DNA of 64,000 nt. It comes from an uncultured Clostridia bacterium. Its GTDB lineage: Bacteria; Bacillota; Clostridia; Christensenellales; CAG-138. The stretch is taken from positions 78,717 through 142,716 of the forward strand of contig CAMVMM010000001.1 of the NCBI GenBank assembly GCA_947168565.1, in the 5' to 3' direction. The position numbers were made by a program, and so were the translations under genes. This document shows, piece after piece, positions 46,736-57,412 of this stretch. Below the pieces are notes generated by a model. The model did not search any database and was not told the origin of the DNA. It was given only the letters and a program-made list of their open reading frames with translations. Each line of letters starts with the position of its first letter. Within the stretch, counting starts at the first letter, position 1.

Positions 46736-48285
46736 CTGCCGTAAAGCCTTGTCAGCTCCGCGATCCTTTGGGCAAGCGCGTCGTTTGCTTCACCCTTGAG
46801 CAAACGCCACTGCCAGTTTCCCTCGCTCGTGCCGGGGGTGTTGATCCTGCTGCCCTCGCCAAGAGAGAGCCAATCCTGGATCTGCGCCACAAAAAGATCG
46901 GCGGAGGAGGCAAGTCCCGCGCGAAGGATCGCCTCGGCAAGCGCCTCGTTTGACGCATCGTTTACGCCAAGGTACTTTGCAATAAACGCACGCTCTTCTT
47001 TGCTTATTTCGTTTACAAACTGATACAGCGGCGCGTTGTCGTGCGTGCCGGTGTAGCAGGCGCAGTTTTTCTCGTAGTTGTGGGGAAGATAATCGCTCTC
47101 ACCGGAAGGATCGAAGGCAAACTCCAGCACCTTCATGCCGGGAAAGCCGGACGCCTTTCGCAGCGCGTGTACCTGCTCGGTCAAAAAACCCAGATCCTCC
47201 GCAATAAAGCGCATTGTGGGGAAAGCGGCCTTGAGCGCGTCGGTAAACTCCTGCCCCGGCCCCTTGACCCAATGCCCGTTTCTTGCGGTGGAATCGCCCG
47301 CAGGCACGGCCCAGTAGCTTTCAAGCGCACGGAAATGATCTATGCGCACAACATCAAACAGACTTTTCGCTATCTCAAGGCGGCGGCCCCACCAGGTGTA
47401 GCCGTCCAGCCTCATCTTTTCCCAATCGTAGAGCGGATTGCCCCAAAGCTGCCCGTCCTGCGTGAAGGCATCCGGCGGAACGCCCGCCACAAGGGTGGGT
47501 CTGCCGTCCTCATCCAGTTGGAAAAGCTCTCTGTGCGCCCAAACGTCGGAGGAATCGAGCGCGCAGTAGATGGGCAGATCGCCGATTATGCCGATGCCCT
47601 TTGAGTTTGCATAGCTCTTTACCTTTGCCCACTGAAGGAAGAAGCGGTATTGGGTGAATTTGAAAAGCTTGATCTCGTCCGCAAGCAGCTCGCAGTATCT
47701 TTGAAGCGCCGCATCGTGATAGAATTTTGCGTCCTCATCCACCCATTCATACCAGGGCTTCATTGAAAAGCGTGCCTTTATGACCGAAAACAGTGCGTAA
47801 TCATCGAGCCAATCGGCATTTTGGCTGAGGAAGTGCAGATAGCCCTCGTCCTCCGAAAGGTTTGCGCGGCTCATTGCAAGCGTGAGCAGCTCAAGACGGC
47901 TGAGGTAGAGCTTTTCATAATCTATACGCCGCGCGTCGCTTCCGAAATCGACCCTTTCAACCTCGCTTTTTGCTAAAAGACCTTCGTCGATAAGGGCTTC
48001 AAGATCTATAAAATACGGATTCCCCGCGAAAACGGAGTAGCTTGAATAGGGCGAATCGCAGTACCCCGTGGGGTTCAGCGGAAGCACCTGCCAGTACCTT
48101 TGACCCGCCTTTTCAAGAAAATCTATGAACTCATACGCCTCCCTGCCGAGGGAGCCGATGCCGTAGGCGGACGGCAGGGAGAATACCGGCATGAGTATGC
48201 CGGAGGAACGGGGAAAGCGAGCATTTTCATTATGTTCTTTATTCATACTGTTTTGCATTTTTATCTCCATGAAAGTAGTATTCAT
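46732..48285 (-). CDS. malQ: 4-alpha-glucanotransferase (GH77 amylomaltase)
   Basis: 517 aa with SSGILMPVFSLPS.YGIGS, VRIDHFRALESYW, IAEDLGF and GTHDN. Confidence 0.92.
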   Translation of the reverse strand: MNTTFMEIKMQNSMNKEHNENARFPRSSGILMPVFSLPSAYGIGSLGREAYEFIDFLEKAGQRYWQVLPLNPTGYCDSPYSSYSVFAGNPYFIDLEALIDEGLLAKSEVERVDFGSDARRIDYEKLYLSRLELLTLAMSRANLSEDEGYLHFLSQNADWLDDYALFSVIKARFSMKPWYEWVDEDAKFYHDAALQRYCELLADEIKLFKFTQYRFFLQWAKVKSYANSKGIGIIGDLPIYCALDSSDVWAHRELFQLDEDGRPTLVAGVPPDAFTQDGQLWGNPLYDWEKMRLDGYTWWGRRLEIAKSLFDVVRIDHFRALESYWAVPAGDSTARNGHWVKGPGQEFTDALKAAFPTMRFIAEDLGFLTEQVHALRKASGFPGMKVLEFAFDPSGESDYLPHNYEKNCACYTGTHDNAPLYQFVNEISKEERAFIAKYLGVNDASNEALAEAILRAGLASSADLFVAQIQDWLSLGEGSRINTPGTSEGNWQWRLLKGEANDALAQRIAELTRLYGR

Positions 48286-48459
48286 GCTGTTAATATACCA
48301 CTGCTCGGCGAAATATGCAAGCTAAAAATCATTCAAAGCACCTGATCGCCATCGCACGGAACTTAAAGCATTATGTCCTCCACCCGGCAGTCAAGTATTC
48401 GGCAAAGGTCATTTACAGTAGTGGTATTTACAGGTTTATTCTTGCAAGGAGGGTAAAAC

Positions 48460-48708
48460 ATGGCTGTTGCTTCATTGGTTTTGGGTATCGTATCTCTGGC
48501 CCTTTGCCTTATACCCGGCATGAATATTGTGATCGTGATAGTTGCCGCCGTCGGTCTGGTTCTTGGCGCCATCGCAATGAGAAAACATCCCGAGAAAAAG
48601 GGTCTCGCAGTTGCCGGTTTGTCGATGAGCATAATAGGCTTGGTGCTTGGCATCATTGTTTGGGTTGCCTGTGCAAGTGCGGCAGGCTCGTTGAGCAGAA
48701 TGTATTAA
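48460..48708 (+). CDS. DUF4190-like small membrane protein
   Basis: 82 aa with MAVASLVLGIVSLALCLIPG... and two TM pairs. RBS AAGGAGGG. Confidence 0.65.
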   Translation: MAVASLVLGIVSLALCLIPGMNIVIVIVAAVGLVLGAIAMRKHPEKKGLAVAGLSMSIIGLVLGIIVWVACASAAGSLSRMY

Positions 48709-48735
48709 ACATCGGCAAGCATTCTTGAACAGCAG

Positions 48736-48765
48736 AAAAAGCCCGTTGCCCCGGGCTTTTTCTGT
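48736..48765. terminator. Bidirectional rho-independent terminator
   Basis: AAAAAGCCCG / CGGGCTTTTT stem flanked by an A-run and a T-run, between convergent genes. Confidence 0.75.
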
Positions 48766-48807
48766 TTCAATTCATAATATAAGCTTATGTGGTCGATTCG
48801 TCTGAAT

Positions 48808-50811
<2,004 letters not shown>

Positions 50812-50834
50812 TTATATCGACGCTTTGCGCCGGC

Positions 50835-53800
50835 TCACAGCATTCCGAGCCTGCGGTCGACCTCGTGCAGCTCATGCCTCAAGCCGGCTATCACCTCGTC
50901 GAGTCCGGAGGCCTTTTCCGCCTCAGCCTCAAGCTCCTTCTGCTCGGATCTGAGCCTTTCAAGCTCGGCTTTCGTGTTTTCAAGCTGTGCGCCAAGCCCG
51001 GAGATAACGTTGTCGATCCTCATTATTATGCCCACAGCGCTGTCGCTCAGCTCGCTTTGATAGCTGCCCCTGCCCTTTAGAAGTATCACGCGCCTTGCGC
51101 CCGAGGCGTCGTTCGCAAGATACATATCGAAGCCGCGGTATCTGCCCACAAGCTTTTCGGAGCGGATGAAGGCATGCTCCGCAAGCAGCTCTATAAGGCG
51201 CTCTCCCGCCTCCCTGCGCTTGGTGAAATCCTCATTCCAAAGCATCATGGTGAAATTGGGCTGCGTGTGCTTTTCGGCGCGTGCAGCATCGAGCGCAAAG
51301 ATCTTTATCATGCGCTCGTATTCCGCGATCCTGCCCGGTATCTGCATAAGCATCTGCTTTGCCTCAAGCCTCGTGCGCTCCTGCTTTGTTTTGAGCATCT
51401 GCTTGCGCTGAAGCTCCGTTTCAAGCTCTATCTTGCGCTTTATAAGCGGGTTGCCGACCGCGAACGCCTTCACCTCGCTGTACGTGAGCACTATCTCATC
51501 CACCTCGTCGCCGCTGCGGTTCACATAGTCGCCGTTCACGATCTGGGAGATAAAGCGCTGCTTATTCTCAAGAAGCTGCCATGAATAGGCGTCGAAGCTG
51601 CCGTTTGTGATGTAGCGGTAGATCATCACCTTTTCGTTGCGGTTGCCGCGGCGCAGCATCCTGCCCTCCCTCTGGGTCACGTCCGACGGGCGCCACGGAA
51701 TATCCAGATGATGCACGGCAAGCAGATGGTTTTGAACGTTTGCGCCGATGCCCAGCTTGAAGGTGGAGCCTATCAGCACGCGCACCCTGCCCTTTCGCAC
51801 CTTGTTAAAAAGCGAGGTGCGCATAGCGTCGTTCAAAGCGTCGTGCACGAAGGCGATCTCGTCCTTCGGAACGCCGAGGTTAATCAGCTTTTGCTTTATA
51901 TCGTCGTATAGATTGAAGCCGTCCTTAGGAGTGCTTTGATCCAAAAACACAAGCTGCGTCAGCTTTTCATGCTCGCTCCAGATCTTGAACACGTTTTTAA
52001 CGCAGTTGTTCAGCTTGGAGTTTGGATCGTCCTCCGCATCCGGATCCACAAGGCGCATATCGAGCGCCGCCTTGCGTCCGTCCGTGGTGATCTTGAGCAT
52101 ATTATCCTCGGTTCGCGGAACCGCTCCAAGCTTCACAAGGTCGGCTCGGCTTGCAAGCTCCTCGATATATTTGCGAAGGCTTTCGCTTGCCGGCACGGTG
52201 CAGTTTATGCAGTCCACGGTCTGCGGAAGCTTCTTGGCCTCGTCCTCCGAATTGAAATACAGATCGGCGATGTCGGAGAAAAGCAGCGAAAGCTCGGGCA
52301 GGTTGTAGTATTTGCTGAGCCTTCTTCTGAGGCGGTAGCCCACGCCGTTCGCCTCGACCTCGAATTCCTCCGTGACCTCGGAAAACATCTTGACCCAGTT
52401 GTCAAACTCCAGCAGGTTCAATTCGTCCATATGCTCGTACCCCAGGTAGCGCTGGAGGGTATACATATCGGAAACGGAGTTTGTGATGGGCGTACCCGTG
52501 GCAAAAACCGCTCCCCTTCCGCCGTGCGTACGCTGAATAAAGCGGATCTTCGCCATTAGATCATCGCACCGCCTTGAGCCCTTGGTGTTGAGGCCGGGAA
52601 GGGAGCCGTGCTTGGTTTCGATGCTGATATTCTTGAAATTATGCGCCTCGTCCACAAAGATGGTATCTATGCCCAGATCATCGAAAAACACGGCGTCCGC
52701 AGGTATATGCGCCTCCTCCTCCCAAAGCTTTTGAAGCCTGTGCTCCAGCCTTGATGCGTAGCGGTTCAAAACGGTGTAAGCATCGTTATACACGGCGTTT
52801 TTCATGCTTTCGGAGATATCGGAAAGCGCTTCGATAAGCCCTCTTTCGCGCTCGTCCTTGGAGAGCGGAATGAGTGAAAAGCTGCCGTAGCCCATGAGGA
52901 TCGCGTCGTAATCCGTGGTTTTGATATGGTTCAGGATCCTGTTTCGCCCGGCCGGCACGAAGCTTCGCGGCTCCACCACAAGGATATTCGCGTCCGGATA
53001 GAGCTGCAAAAACTCATACTGCCACTGCTCTAAAATATTATTCGGCACCACTATGAGATTGCGCTTTGAGATGCCGAGCCTGCGCAGCTCCATCGCGGCG
53101 GCGGCAAGCACGTAGGTTTTGCCGGCGCCCACCTGATGCGCGATCAGCACGTTTTTGGAGTGGACTATTCTGTTTACCGCGTCGAGCTGATGCTTTTGAA
53201 GCTTTATCTCCGGATTTTTGCCGGGAAGCAGCATCCTTGAGCCGTCGAAGCGCCTGGGCCTTATGGCGCAGAAGGCTTCGTTGTAAAGGTTCAAAAGCAG
53301 CGTTCTTCTCGGCTCATCCTTGAAAAGCCAGTAGGAAAAGCGCTCCGTTATCTCCCTTGCGCGCTCCTGTGCAAGCAGGGTCTCGGCCTTGTTCAGCCTG
53401 CGCACGAGGATATCCTTGCCCTCGGGAACGTCGCTGTCGTACACGGCGATATCGCGCGAATTGAGCAGCCTTTCAACGATCTCAAACGCGTTCATGCGGT
53501 CCGTGCCGTACTGAAATTTGGCTCGGGTGAACTCCTTGAAGGGCTTTTTGCCGTGAATTATATAATGATTGGCCTCTTTTATATACTCAACGCTCAAGGG
53601 TATTCTGCCCTTGTTTGAGGCTCTGATGCCTATGAGGGCTATAAGAAAATCGCGGTACACCCAGGTGGGTATCCACGGGCTGCCAATGGACGCCTTGATC
53701 TGTTTGGGCAAGATGCGCTCGGGAAGCACCTGCTCAAGCGCGGCGATGTTTCCTTTAAGCTCCCCGCTTCCGCCCGATTCAAGCGCCTCCCGCGCCGCTT

Positions 53801-54041
53801 CTATCTTTTTTTGAATGTTTCCCGAAAGATACTCGTTTGCGGTCACAAGCTGATCGAGCTGAGGATCGTAATAAACGGCGCCCTCAAGCAGACCGCGAAC
53901 ACAGGCGCGATCCACCTTGGCAAAGCCCGCGATAACGTCCAGATCGACCCTGCCCACAAGATCGACGCAGCGATCGAGCGCGGCATGGACGGTCATGGTT
54001 TCGCCTTCGCCGATATTGGATTTTACGTCCTCTTCAAACAA
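50835..54041 (-). CDS. SNF2/DEAD-like superfamily 2 helicase, 1068 aa, with a coiled-coil C-terminus
   Basis: Motif I LIAHQVGAGKTY, motif II FVDEAHNFKN and motif VI QREGRMLRRGN. The N-terminus (EYLSGNIQKKIEAAREAL...IGSPWIPTWVYRDF) and the C-terminal region resemble the helicase half of the very large methyltransferase-helicase proteins of conjugative elements and phages. This is from memory and unverified. Confidence 0.8.
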   Translation of the reverse strand: MFEEDVKSNIGEGETMTVHAALDRCVDLVGRVDLDVIAGFAKVDRACVRGLLEGAVYYDPQLDQLVTANEYLSGNIQKKIEAAREALESGGSGELKGNIAALEQVLPERILPKQIKASIGSPWIPTWVYRDFLIALIGIRASNKGRIPLSVEYIKEANHYIIHGKKPFKEFTRAKFQYGTDRMNAFEIVERLLNSRDIAVYDSDVPEGKDILVRRLNKAETLLAQERAREITERFSYWLFKDEPRRTLLLNLYNEAFCAIRPRRFDGSRMLLPGKNPEIKLQKHQLDAVNRIVHSKNVLIAHQVGAGKTYVLAAAAMELRRLGISKRNLIVVPNNILEQWQYEFLQLYPDANILVVEPRSFVPAGRNRILNHIKTTDYDAILMGYGSFSLIPLSKDERERGLIEALSDISESMKNAVYNDAYTVLNRYASRLEHRLQKLWEEEAHIPADAVFFDDLGIDTIFVDEAHNFKNISIETKHGSLPGLNTKGSRRCDDLMAKIRFIQRTHGGRGAVFATGTPITNSVSDMYTLQRYLGYEHMDELNLLEFDNWVKMFSEVTEEFEVEANGVGYRLRRRLSKYYNLPELSLLFSDIADLYFNSEDEAKKLPQTVDCINCTVPASESLRKYIEELASRADLVKLGAVPRTEDNMLKITTDGRKAALDMRLVDPDAEDDPNSKLNNCVKNVFKIWSEHEKLTQLVFLDQSTPKDGFNLYDDIKQKLINLGVPKDEIAFVHDALNDAMRTSLFNKVRKGRVRVLIGSTFKLGIGANVQNHLLAVHHLDIPWRPSDVTQREGRMLRRGNRNEKVMIYRYITNGSFDAYSWQLLENKQRFISQIVNGDYVNRSGDEVDEIVLTYSEVKAFAVGNPLIKRKIELETELQRKQMLKTKQERTRLEAKQMLMQIPGRIAEYERMIKIFALDAARAEKHTQPNFTMMLWNEDFTKRREAGERLIELLAEHAFIRSEKLVGRYRGFDMYLANDASGARRVILLKGRGSYQSELSDSAVGIIMRIDNVISGLGAQLENTKAELERLRSEQKELEAEAEKASGLDEVIAGLRHELHEVDRRLGML

Positions 54042-54130
54042 TTCAGCCTCTTTCGTTTTATCTGAAAACTTCTGTTGATCTACGCGGTATTATTCAAGCC
54101 GATTAATGCTTTTGCCCGCCATAACGCGCG

Positions 54131-54931
54131 CTATCGTATTTTTTTAAAGGTGGGGCGCATTTTTTCAAAGGTGGCATAATAGGGAATGCCCGCTTCAAGC
54201 GCAAGCTCGCGCGCTTCATCGAGCCTGTTTGAAAGAGCGGAGCTTCTGTGTGCGTCCGAACCGAAGGTCACAAACTCGCCGCCGAGCGACCTGTAAAGCT
54301 TTAATACGTCGAGCCCCCAATGAGGGTCGTTCCTCCAGGCGGCGGTGTTTATTTCGATGCCCTTGCCCATGGAGATAACGAGCCTGAACACGCGCTCGAA
54401 CGCCTCGCGGATCTCTGAGGAAAGGTCGAGCCCCATGCTTCTGTCGTCATACGGAGCGAATTTGGCAACGAAATCGTAATGCCCGAGCACGCTGATAAAA
54501 TCGAAATTGGGCAGCGAGCGCTCGATGGTTTCAAGATACGGAAGATAGGCGGCCGCCTTGCTTTTGTCCGCGTGGTATTCCGGATAGTAAACATCCATTG
54601 AATCCACAACGTGCACGGAGCCGATGATGAAATCCGCGTCAAAGCCGGAAAGATATGCCTTTGTTTTTTCGGCGCATTCGGGATCGGGAGACATGCTGAT
54701 CTCCACGCCCTCCTTTATGCGCACCCCCTTGAACGCGCCGCCAAACGCGCCAAGCGCGCGCCTTCTTTCAAGCAGGTCGGCGGGAGCGAAGTTTTCGCCG
54801 GGATTGTCAAAATCCACATGGTCGGTAAAGCAGAGCTCGTCAAGACCGAGCAGGGCCGCTTGCTGAAGGTGTTCGCCGATAAGCGCGGTTGAGTCGCCTG
54901 AAAAACAAGTGTGAACATGATAGTCTATCAT
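54131..54931 (-). CDS. hisK: PHP-family histidinol-phosphatase
   Basis: Start at the ATG at 54931 after GGAGGA. MIDYHVHTCFSGDS, then TDHVDF, GSVH and FGSDAH. Confidence 0.8.
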   Translation of the reverse strand: MIDYHVHTCFSGDSTALIGEHLQQAALLGLDELCFTDHVDFDNPGENFAPADLLERRRALGAFGGAFKGVRIKEGVEISMSPDPECAEKTKAYLSGFDADFIIGSVHVVDSMDVYYPEYHADKSKAAAYLPYLETIERSLPNFDFISVLGHYDFVAKFAPYDDRSMGLDLSSEIREAFERVFRLVISMGKGIEINTAAWRNDPHWGLDVLKLYRSLGGEFVTFGSDAHRSSALSNRLDEARELALEAGIPYYATFEKMRPTFKKIR

Positions 54932-55108
54932 AATGTATCCTCCGATTGAAATTGTATTATAGCACAATTTGTCAACACATGCAATGTTTTTCTTTAATAA
55001 TTTTTATGTTTTTTCAAGATTTTGCATTTTTCCGCTTTTCAGCGTCCTCCCAAGGCGCGGAGCAAAGAGTATATTTTATTTCGACGCCGATTTTGCGGCC
55101 GAAGGCTG

Positions 55109-55137
55109 TTGACTAAACGATGCAAAAGTGCTAAAAT
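55109..55137 (+). promoter_or_regulatory. Sigma-A type promoter for rpsU
   Basis: TTGACT (55109-55114), a 17-nt spacer, then TAAAAT (55132-55137). Confidence 0.6.
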
Positions 55138-55210
55138 GCATAAATGCACGGCTGTCAATCGCTTTGGCATGCCCGCTATACCCGTTATGAAGAGAGGGGG
55201 GAAATTTTAG

Positions 55211-55381
55211 ATGGAAATCCGTGTAGGCGAAAACGAGTCTTTGGAAAGTGCAATAAAGCGTTGGAAGCGTAAATGCGCTCGTTCCGGCATCCTTGCCGAC
55301 GCGAGAAAGCGCGAGCACTACGAGAAGCCCAGCGTTAAGCGCAAAAAGAAGGCTGAGGCTGCGAGAAAGCGTAAGTATTAA
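55211..55381 (+). CDS. rpsU: 30S ribosomal protein S21
   Basis: Own translation: [56 protein letters not shown] (56 aa). RBS GAGAGGGGGG. Too short for the ORF track. Confidence 0.93.
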   Translation: MEIRVGENESLESAIKRWKRKCARSGILADARKREHYEKPSVKRKKKAEAARKRKY

Positions 55382-55388
55382 AACATTT

Positions 55389-55415
55389 GGGGCGGCTTGT
55401 CCGCTCCTTTGTTTT
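55389..55415 (+). terminator. Rho-independent terminator after rpsU
   Basis: GGGGCGG cttgt CCGCTCC stem (one mismatch) followed by TTTGTTTT. Confidence 0.6.
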
Positions 55416-55509
55416 CCCAAAAAATGCAAAAAACCGATCCTGCGCATCTTTTATTCTTCGCTTCTGTATGCTATAATACTGTAATTAACAAATGTTTTCG
55501 GAGGCTTTC

Positions 55510-56388
55510 ATGATAAAAAGCATGACCGGGTTCGGCAGAGCTTCGCTCAGCGCGGACGGCAGGGAGCTGACGGTTGAGCTGAAGGCGGTCAACCACCGTT
55601 TCCTCGATATTGCGTTTCGTTTTCACAGATCCCTCGGCTTTCTTGAGGATACCGTTCGCGCGGAGCTCTCCTCGCTTTTGAGCCGCGGGCATGTGGACGC
55701 TTATGCGTACTATAAGAACACGCGCGGGGACGCGAAGAGCGTCGGCGCGGATAAGGCGCTCGTGTCCGCATATCTTACGGCGGCAAAGGAAATTTCCGAT
55801 GAGTTCGGCATAGAATACGATCTTTCCGTTTCCCATCTTCTCAGGATCCCCGATCTTATCACCGTGACGGATGCTGATGAGGATCCCGAAGCGCTGAAGC
55901 GCCTTATGAGCGAGGCCGTTCGCACGGCATGCGCGGAGCTCATCAAAATGCGTGAAAGCGAGGGCGAACGCATCCGCGCCGATCTTGAAGCAAGGATCGC
56001 CGTGCTGAAGGGCATTCGGGAGCGCATCGCTGAGCGCGCACCTGGCGTTGTGGAAGCCTACCGTGCAAAGCTGAACGCGCGAATCGAGAGTCTTTTGAAG
56101 GAAACGGAGATAGACCGCGCAAGGCTTGCCACCGAGATCGCGCTTTTTGCGGATAAGGCGAATATCGACGAGGAGCTGGTGCGCCTTGAAAGCCACTTTA
56201 AGGGCGCGCTTGAGCTGCTTGGCGGGGATGAGCCCGTGGGCAGAAAGCTTGATTTTTTAGTGCAGGAGATGAACCGCGAGTTCAACACCATCGGCTCCAA
56301 GGCAAACGATCAGCATATCTCCGCGCTCGTGATAGAGGGCAAGGCGGAGATAGAAAAGCTTCGCGAGCAGGTGCAGAACCTTGAGTGA
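55510..56388 (+). CDS. yicC: YicC/YloC-family stress-induced protein
   Basis: Start at the ATG at 55510 after GGAGG. MIKSMTGFGRA...ELKAVNHRFLD..., with C-terminal LDFLVQEMNREFNTIGSKAND. Confidence 0.9.
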   Translation: MIKSMTGFGRASLSADGRELTVELKAVNHRFLDIAFRFHRSLGFLEDTVRAELSSLLSRGHVDAYAYYKNTRGDAKSVGADKALVSAYLTAAKEISDEFGIEYDLSVSHLLRIPDLITVTDADEDPEALKRLMSEAVRTACAELIKMRESEGERIRADLEARIAVLKGIRERIAERAPGVVEAYRAKLNARIESLLKETEIDRARLATEIALFADKANIDEELVRLESHFKGALELLGGDEPVGRKLDFLVQEMNREFNTIGSKANDQHISALVIEGKAEIEKLREQVQNLE

Positions 56389-56445
56389 GCTTACCTTTCA
56401 CAAAGTATCGGTTATAACAATAATCTAAACGCAGCGGAGGCTAAT

Positions 56446-57081
56446 ATGTTGAAGGATATTATGAATAAAACCGGCAATCTGATCGTTCTTTCCGGCCCTT
56501 CCGGCGTTGGAAAGGGGACCATCGGCGCGCGCCTGCTTGAAAAGCACGACGACCTTTGCTTTTCCGTTTCCGCCACCACGCGCGAGATGCGCGAGGGCGA
56601 GCAGGAGGGAGTGAACTACTACTATAAAACCGTTGCCGAATTCAATTCCATGATCGAAAACAACGAGTTTTTGGAGTACATGCAGGTTTTCGGCAAAAAC
56701 TACTACGGCACTCCGCGCGCGTTCGTTGTTGAAAGGCTTTCCCGCGGCATGAGCGTGCTGCTGGATATAGACGTTCAGGGCGCAAAGGTGGTTAAAGCGA
56801 ACTACCCCGAGGCCGTGATGATCTTCATCGCTCCCCCGTCCCTCTCGGAGCTGCGCCGCCGCCTTGTGGGCAGGGGCACGGATTCGGAGGAAGCAGTTGA
56901 GCGCAGGTTCGCGCAGGCCAAGACCGAGCTTGCCATGGTGAACGAATATGATTACGTTGTGGTAAACGACGATCTTGACGCCGCCGTGGAGGACGTTGAG
57001 TGCATACTGCGCGCCTCCCGCCTTGCCGGCACGAACTACAAAAACGAGCTTTTTGAGATATTGAACGGCGAGGAAGCGTGA
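56446..57081 (+). CDS. gmk: Guanylate kinase
   Basis: P-loop LSGPSGVGKGT, then SATTREMREGEQEGVNYYY. Confidence 0.93.
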   Translation: MLKDIMNKTGNLIVLSGPSGVGKGTIGARLLEKHDDLCFSVSATTREMREGEQEGVNYYYKTVAEFNSMIENNEFLEYMQVFGKNYYGTPRAFVVERLSRGMSVLLDIDVQGAKVVKANYPEAVMIFIAPPSLSELRRRLVGRGTDSEEAVERRFAQAKTELAMVNEYDYVVVNDDLDAAVEDVECILRASRLAGTNYKNELFEILNGEEA

Positions 57082-57151
57082 GCGCCGCCGAACGATCAAA
57101 GCGTTCGCTATATTCTTATAAATCAATATAAATAATATTTGGAGGTGTAAT

Positions 57152-57370
57152 ATGAATCACCAGATGAACCATCCCCCCGTCGTGGAGCTTGAAAACAAGG
57201 CGGGCTGCCGCTATATGCTCGTGACCACCGTTGCGCGAAGGGCGAGGCAGATAATAGCCAAAAAGCAGCAGAGCGACCTCAAGCCCGTTACCCAGGCGGT
57301 AGATGAGCTTTATAACGATGAGCTGGAGATCAAATATCCCAGCGAATACTATCAGACTTCCGAAAAATAA
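57152..57370 (+). CDS. rpoZ: DNA-directed RNA polymerase subunit omega
   Basis: 72 aa with RYMLVTTVARRARQI, after gmk as in other Firmicutes. Confidence 0.85.
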   Translation: MNHQMNHPPVVELENKAGCRYMLVTTVARRARQIIAKKQQSDLKPVTQAVDELYNDELEIKYPSEYYQTSEK

Positions 57371-57412
57371 GCCAACCTTATATAAAAATACGCATTCAGG
57401 AGCCGCAGAAGG

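Noticed and set aside
50835-54041. The SNF2 helicase, considered as a marker of an integrated mobile element or a known defence island.
   Set aside because: No integrase, recombinase, relaxase, methyltransferase, restriction gene, tRNA attachment site or flanking direct repeats are visible. The neighbours are housekeeping genes. It is kept only as a finding, not called a mobile element.
54968-55210. The minus-to-plus strand switch with an A+T-rich spacer, considered as a replication origin.
   Set aside because: No dnaA or dnaN nearby and no cluster of TTATCCACA-like boxes seen. The region is explained by the divergent hisK and rpsU promoters.
55076-55447. 123-aa minus-strand ORF.
   Set aside because: It lies antisense to a clear rpsU gene that has its own promoter, RBS and terminator.
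56389-56445. Looked for remA (ylzA), which sits between yloC/yicC and gmk in Bacillus.
   Set aside because: Only 57 nt separate the two genes, so there is no room for an ORF. This is simply absence, probably lineage-typical.
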